Shown one piece after another: positions 46,601 to 50,455 of a stretch of 50,455 nt of DNA. The notes below the pieces were generated by a model that was not told the DNA's origin, searched no databases, and saw only the letters and a list, made by a program, of their open reading frames with translations. The DNA comes from Syntrophomonadaceae bacterium (GTDB lineage: Bacteria; Bacillota; Dethiobacteria; DTU022; UBA8154): assembly GCA_007131175.1 (NCBI GenBank), contig SLRC01000159.1:1-50455 (forward strand). The letters are read 5' to 3'. Each line of letters starts with the position of its first letter. Positions within the stretch are counted from its first letter, which is position 1. The position numbers and the translations under genes are program-made.

Positions 46601-47417
46601 TAGCCGTAACTTGAGCGGTGAAGCAAATGCATTACTGTCAAACCTGGCACTATTGCTGGGCAAAGTGGGCGCACCACGCCAGGGAATCATTAACTTGCGG
46701 GGGCGCTGCAATAGCCAGGGACTTTTCGATATGGGAATTACTCCGGGGTACTTGCCCGGATATCAGAAGATCGAAGCTGAAAAAGTCAGGGAAAGGTTTG
46801 AACATGCCTGGCGTGCCCCCTTGCCGGTAACAGCAGGCAAGCACATGGATAAAGTTATGGAAGGTCTGGATGATGGGACGATTAAAGGCGTGTTTGTTTT
46901 CGGTGAGGATCCTTCTGCAGAAATGGTGGAAAAACTGGCAAAAGCAGACTTATTGGTGGTACAGGATCTCTTTCTTACGGAAACAGCACGCCGTGCAGAC
47001 GTCGTGTTACCCGCCGTAAGCTTCGCGGAAACGGAAGGCAGTTTTGTCAACAGTGAAAGGCGTGTCCAACAGCTTAATCCTGCTATCAGCCCCGTTACAG
47101 GACGGCAAAACTGGCAAATATTACTTGAACTGATGGAGCAGATGGGTTATTACCAGAAACCGCAGTCTCCGGAGCAAATCTGGCAGGAAATGAAATCTTT
47201 AACCCCATCTTTTAGCACTATCAACTATAATTCACTGAAAAACGCTCCATTCTGGCCGGGAGAACCGGTGTGCAATGTTGATTCAATGCTGGCTGCTGTA
47301 GGCCGTTTGAAGTTTATTTTACCATCCGGTGATACCCCCGCTTTTGTGGAACGTGACTCTGCCGACAGTGTGGGAAAATGGTTCAAAGCCTTTCTATGGG
47401 AGAGAGGTTTGGAATAA
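43698..47417 (+). CDS. 1239-aa fusion of 2Fe-2S ferredoxin, GltD/NfnB-like NADPH:FAD oxidoreductase, 2x[4Fe-4S] and a degenerate formate-dehydrogenase-like module (StnC-like)
   Basis: N-terminal NuoG/HydA-type 2Fe-2S fold. GltD cluster motifs (CRAPCVMACPANC, GRVCPAPCEDNC). VIGSGPAGL FAD and VVGGGNTAMD..YRR NADPH folds. CILCGLCVRTC / CVACGQCVASCP. MopB-type CGYCGVGC...CKKG cluster. No Sec/Cys-His catalytic pair, no C-terminal MGD-cap domain, no H-cluster motifs. Confidence 0.85.
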   Translation: MSCLRININGRELCGHGDQTILEIATANNIHIPTLCFSGDLEVYASCGLCLVEVKGMPRLLRACATKIADGMIIQTENEKIRKARKLALELILSDHRGDCRAPCVMACPANCDAQGYAALVANGDYKGALKLIKEFMPFPSSIGRVCPAPCEDNCRRNLMEGPVSIRYFKRLVGDLDMASDDPYVPEVAPDTGKKIAVIGSGPAGLTAAFFLRRRGHAVTVFEALPEMGGMLRYGIPEYRLPKKVLGAEIQQILDLGVDAHTNVQLGEDFTIDYLFKNDYDAVYIAIGAQNSKNMGVTGEEMPGVLGGTEFLRAVMLNEEVVLGSRVAVVGGGNTAMDAARTAKRLGADEVTVVYRRAREQMPAQPIEVEEAEEEGVEFNLLAAPIKIEGNGKIEKMVCQKMQLGEPDASGRRRPEPIPDAYFTLDVDTVIAAIGQDVDVENIKKDVAVNRYQTIEAKDGTFLTSVPGVFAGGDAVTGPGIAIEAIAAGKRVSEVIDNYLQGKLSPYRTYFNIIREGLTEEDFADKPRQERVKMPVVEPEVRVNNFREIEQGLLPDDATKDGVRCLECGCFDVFECKLRDYATKYDAKPERIVGEKHDYELELHPLIVRDPNKCILCGLCVRTCAEIIGAEALGLVNRGFNAYVSPSLDLPLEKTTCVACGQCVASCPTGALVENMPFAKPAPWELQVTSTICGYCGVGCSMHVETVGDKIARVVPLNGPVNNGILCKKGRFGFEYVNSEERLKNPLIREDGVLKETTWDDALLHIAKKAKSLKARYGGNSLAVFAAARYSNEESYLIQKFARAVLGTDNLNSFNEPANPLTAQIGMGASTNSFEEFASADFILAVDVDFDDYPIAVLQIRQAAEQGTALWIIHEGESKLANYAKQTLKIKEGANTNFLAALLIVACENGLVNRDFVEQYTENYEELAALLKERSAEEMLQGSGLTKDEIQALLEAYAGAKSPLLVLGSRNLSGEANALLSNLALLLGKVGAPRQGIINLRGRCNSQGLFDMGITPGYLPGYQKIEAEKVRERFEHAWRAPLPVTAGKHMDKVMEGLDDGTIKGVFVFGEDPSAEMVEKLAKADLLVVQDLFLTETARRADVVLPAVSFAETEGSFVNSERRVQQLNPAISPVTGRQNWQILLELMEQMGYYQKPQSPEQIWQEMKSLTPSFSTINYNSLKNAPFWPGEPVCNVDSMLAAVGRLKFILPSGDTPAFVERDSADSVGKWFKAFLWERGLE

Positions 47418-47444
47418 ACAGGAGCATTATAAGGAGGATACATT

Positions 47445-48329
47445 ATGACAGCAAAGATTATTTCCGGTAACGAAGTGGCGGCGGAGATCAGAAAAGAGCT
47501 TACGGCAAGGGTGGCAGAATTAAAAAATAAGGGTATAGTTCCCGGTCTGGGTGTGGTTCTCGTAGGTGAAGATCCCGCTTCCGTTTCCTATGTTACCAGC
47601 AAGGCAAAAGGATGCCAGGAGATCGGCATGTTTGAGGAAACAGTCCGTCTGCCTGCAGATGTGCCTGAAGAAGATGTGCTAAAAACTATTGACCGCATGA
47701 ATAATGACCCCAAAATAAGTGGCATCCTGGTACAATTACCCTTACCAAAGAACATCAGTGTGGAAAAAGTGATCGGCTTTATTTCCCCTGAAAAGGATGT
47801 GGACGGTTTTCACCCTGTTAACCTGGGTAAACTGTTAAGGGGTGAACCATGTCCCCTTCCCTGTACCCCCCATGGTGTGAAACAATTGCTGGTCCGTTCC
47901 GGCAATGATCCTGCTGGAAAGCATGTGGTTATCTGTGGCCGCAGTAACATTGTGGGCAAGCCGCTTTCAGCCATATTGATGCAGAAGGAAGCTGGAGCCA
48001 ATGCCGTGGTAACGGTGGTGCATACAGGCGCAAGCGATATTAAACACTATACACTGCAAGCAGATATTCTTGTGGCTGCCATGGGCGTTCCCGAGTTTAT
48101 TACTGCTGACATGGTTAGAGAAGGCACTGTTGTTATCGATGTGGGCGTGAACCGGATTCCCGATGCTACCAAGAAAAAAGGTTTCCGACTGGCAGGAGAT
48201 GTGGAATATGGACCTGTTGCAGAGAAGGCATCGTTTATCACCCCGGTTCCCGGTGGTGTGGGGCCAATGACGGTTACCATGCTTCTTTATAATACTGTTG
48301 AAGCAGCGATCAGACTGAACGAAGCATAG
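47445..48329 (+). CDS. folD: bifunctional methylenetetrahydrofolate dehydrogenase/methenyl-THF cyclohydrolase
   Basis: Full-length 294 aa: SYVTSKAK catalytic Lys motif, VQLPLP, DVDGFHP, GRSNIVGKP Rossmann loop, PVPGGVGPMT. AAGGAGG RBS. Confidence 0.95.
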   Translation: MTAKIISGNEVAAEIRKELTARVAELKNKGIVPGLGVVLVGEDPASVSYVTSKAKGCQEIGMFEETVRLPADVPEEDVLKTIDRMNNDPKISGILVQLPLPKNISVEKVIGFISPEKDVDGFHPVNLGKLLRGEPCPLPCTPHGVKQLLVRSGNDPAGKHVVICGRSNIVGKPLSAILMQKEAGANAVVTVVHTGASDIKHYTLQADILVAAMGVPEFITADMVREGTVVIDVGVNRIPDATKKKGFRLAGDVEYGPVAEKASFITPVPGGVGPMTVTMLLYNTVEAAIRLNEA

Positions 48330-48343
48330 GAGGTAAACGATAT

Positions 48344-48835
48344 ATGCCCGCCAAACTGATTAAGGGAGACAAGGTAGCCGACCGCTTGCGGGAAGAGATG
48401 GCTGCAGAGCTTAAAGATATTTATGCTGAGACGGGTCAGTTTCCAGGTTTGGCGGTTATTATCGTGGGAGAAGATTCCGCTTCCCTATCTTACGTAACGA
48501 ATATTGAAAGCAAGAGTAACGCCCTGGGTTTTAATGTAATGATACACCGGTTATCCGTTGATGTTTCGGAAGGGGAACTGCTGCAATTGATCGAAGAATT
48601 GAACTACAATGATAATGTTCATGGCATCATGATACAGCTACCCCTTCCGGAACATATAAACCTACATGTTGTTCAGGAGGCTTTGGACCGGGAAAAAGAC
48701 GTTGATGTTGTCCATGATGTTTTGATTGCTGCCACAGGGAAACCGGGGCTTGTTAAAGAAGACTGGATTAAGCCTGGGGCTATGGCAATAGCCATGTTGT
48801 TGGACAATTTGATTAAGGCTGCCCGGAGCTCATGA
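48344..48835 (+). CDS. internally deleted FolD paralog (163 aa; pseudoenzyme or decaying gene)
   Basis: The N-terminal about 120 aa align with FolD (PGLAVIIVGEDSAS, IQLPLP, EKDVD). The DGFHP-to-GRSNIVGKP region and the PVPGGVGP region are missing. The catalytic Lys position reads SYVTNIES. The stop overlaps the xseA ATG (ATGA). Confidence 0.75.
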   Translation: MPAKLIKGDKVADRLREEMAAELKDIYAETGQFPGLAVIIVGEDSASLSYVTNIESKSNALGFNVMIHRLSVDVSEGELLQLIEELNYNDNVHGIMIQLPLPEHINLHVVQEALDREKDVDVVHDVLIAATGKPGLVKEDWIKPGAMAIAMLLDNLIKAARSS

Positions 48836-50067
48836 TCGAAAGACAGGTCTTTACGATTACAAAGCTAAGCCAGTATTTAAAAGATTTGTTTTGGCAGGAC
48901 GATCTACTGCAGAATTTGTGGGTAAGTGGCGAAATCTCAAATTATAAATGCCACAATCCTTCCGGCCACATATATTTTACATTAAAAGATGAGCAGAGTG
49001 TCCTGCGCTGTGTTTATTTCCGGAAAAAGAATGCTTTGTTGAGGTTTGCTCCCACGGAGGGAATGAAAGTTATGGTCCGGGGGAGTGTTTCACTTTATGA
49101 ACGCAGTGGCTATTACCAACTTTATGTGGAGGAGATGGAACCGGAGGGTCTCGGTGCTTTATTTCTTGCATATGAACAATTAAAAGCAAAATTATCACAG
49201 CAAGGGCTTTTTGATGAACAGTGCAAAAAGCCCTTGCCCTATGTTCCACAAAAAATTGGGTTGATTACTTCTCCATCTGGTGCAGCAGTCAGGGACTTTC
49301 TCACAACGCTTAAGCGCAGATTTCCCTGTGTACAGGTACTACTTTACCCCGTTGCGGTGCAGGGAAAGGAAGCACCGTTGCAGATCAATAACGCTCTTCA
49401 GGAATTGGATAAACGGGGGCTTGATGTAATTGTGATGACCAGGGGTGGAGGCTCTTTGGAAGAACTCTGGTGTTTTAATGATGAAACGGTGGCACGTTCA
49501 GTCTTTATGCTCAAGACACCACTTGTCAGTGCCATTGGTCATGAGACTGATTACACTATTGCCGATTTTGTTGCAGATAAAAGGGCATCCACCCCTACGG
49601 CTGCTGCTGAATTAATTGCCCCTGAACAATCAGAGTTGCTCCGTTATCTGAACATGCAGGAACAACTTATGGGCAGTATCATATTTAAAAACATGCAAAA
49701 AAAAAGATATTTATTGGAACAGTTTGCTGCATCAGGTGCATTGAAACATCCACGGGAAAAGATAAACCTGAACCATCAACGGATGGACGAACTGTGGTCC
49801 CGGCTCAATCGGGCTATGGAACTGTTTATGCGTAATAATTTAACAAAACTTGAAAGATCTATAGAAAATCTTGAAGCCCTAAGTCCTTTGAATGTGCTTA
49901 TGCGCGGCTATACCCTTGTGTTTGACCCAGAGAAAAACCGTCCCCTTAAAGCATTGCACAATGTAAAGAAAGGACAGGGACTAAAAATACTATTTCATGA
50001 CGGGAATGCTTACTGTACCGTGAATAAAGTGGAAAGGAAAGAAGAGGATATAATTGACAGAAAATAA
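48832..50067 (+). CDS. xseA: exodeoxyribonuclease VII large subunit
   Basis: N-terminal OB fold (WVSGEISNYK..SGHIYFTLKD), TRGGGSLEELWCFN and AIGHETDYTIADFVAD motifs. Confidence 0.95.
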   Translation: MIERQVFTITKLSQYLKDLFWQDDLLQNLWVSGEISNYKCHNPSGHIYFTLKDEQSVLRCVYFRKKNALLRFAPTEGMKVMVRGSVSLYERSGYYQLYVEEMEPEGLGALFLAYEQLKAKLSQQGLFDEQCKKPLPYVPQKIGLITSPSGAAVRDFLTTLKRRFPCVQVLLYPVAVQGKEAPLQINNALQELDKRGLDVIVMTRGGGSLEELWCFNDETVARSVFMLKTPLVSAIGHETDYTIADFVADKRASTPTAAAELIAPEQSELLRYLNMQEQLMGSIIFKNMQKKRYLLEQFAASGALKHPREKINLNHQRMDELWSRLNRAMELFMRNNLTKLERSIENLEALSPLNVLMRGYTLVFDPEKNRPLKALHNVKKGQGLKILFHDGNAYCTVNKVERKEEDIIDRK

Positions 50068-50275
50068 ATTAACCTTTGAAGAAGGACTGGAAAAGCTGGA
50101 GAAGCTGATCTCCAATCTGGAGAAAGGTGATCTCACTCTGGAAGAATCCCTTTATAAATTTCAAGAAGGGATGGAACTAACCCGTCATTGTCGAAGTTTA
50201 CTTACGGATGCGGAATACCGAGTGGAGATGATCCTGCAGGATGGGGAAAGAGGCGAGGTTAAACTGGAGGGTTAA
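50054..50275 (+). CDS. xseB: exodeoxyribonuclease VII small subunit
   Basis: LTFEEGLEKLEKLISNLEKGDLTLEESL..FQEGMEL typical XseB helix pair. TTG 50054 overlaps the end of xseA. Confidence 0.9.
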   Translation: MTENKLTFEEGLEKLEKLISNLEKGDLTLEESLYKFQEGMELTRHCRSLLTDAEYRVEMILQDGERGEVKLEG

Positions 50276-50455
50276 TTTAGGATAGACGGACATGCCGCCC
50301 TCTATGTTGCCGGCACCATTAGATAAATGAAAATGCACAAGAGGGGTGCAAGGTTGGCTGTGAGCAACCGTTCAGGCTCGATGAAAAGGCTTTACCGGAA
50401 CGGGGTTGCCACATTTTACTGTCTGAGCGCAGCGAGTTTAAAATGTGTGCCGGGA

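Noticed and set aside
43698-47417. The large fusion as a genuine NAD(P)-dependent formate dehydrogenase, a selenoprotein or a HydA-type [FeFe]-hydrogenase
   Set aside because: The ORF has no in-frame TGA. The Sec/Cys-His catalytic pair and the C-terminal MGD-binding domain are absent. No H-cluster cysteine motifs (TSCCP-type) are present anywhere in the three proteins.
1-50455. Search for CRISPR arrays, IS elements or transposases, integrases, prophage genes, toxin-antitoxin pairs or defence islands
   Set aside because: I saw no repeat-spacer periodicity and no transposase, integrase, nuclease-NTPase or defence-like ORFs. Every long ORF on the + strand has a housekeeping, sporulation, pilus or redox assignment, and the - strand carries no credible gene.

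Overview
This is a core-chromosome window from an endospore-forming anaerobic Firmicute with Clostridia/Peptococcaceae-like content. All roughly 50 credible genes lie on the + strand. I saw no rRNA or tRNA genes, CRISPR array, transposase, integrase or recognisable defence cassette. In order, the window holds: a SCIFF ranthipeptide precursor (missing from the ORF track) with its radical SAM maturase; rarA, yigZ, mnmA, a small zinc-ribbon ORF and an AI-2E permease; alaS-ireB-[AKR/ferredoxin fusion]-ruvX-DUF1292-mltG; a class B PBP and apgM; addB-addA; an uninterrupted sigK; a yqeG-like phosphatase; a compact type IV filament locus (pilD, a short PilB/GspE ATPase, a pilin, pilC and four minor pilins); pepP-efp; a hyper-acidic zinc-ribbon protein; the complete spoIIIAA-AH operon; asp23-amaP-DUF2273; and nusB. 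The conserved nusB-folD-xseAB block is then interrupted by a three-gene flavin/Fe-S complex: a NuoE-like subunit, a NuoF/HydB-like subunit and a 1239-aa fusion of 2Fe-2S, GltD-like and formate-dehydrogenase-like modules. I read this as a Stn/Bfu-type NADH/NADPH/ferredoxin transhydrogenase. It is followed by a full-length folD and then a 163-aa internally deleted folD paralog translationally coupled to xseA. The Stn-like complex, its catalytically gutted FDH-like module and the mini-FolD are the most unusual content. I cannot show that any of it is a truly undescribed system. Most of the window is ordinary housekeeping and sporulation DNA.
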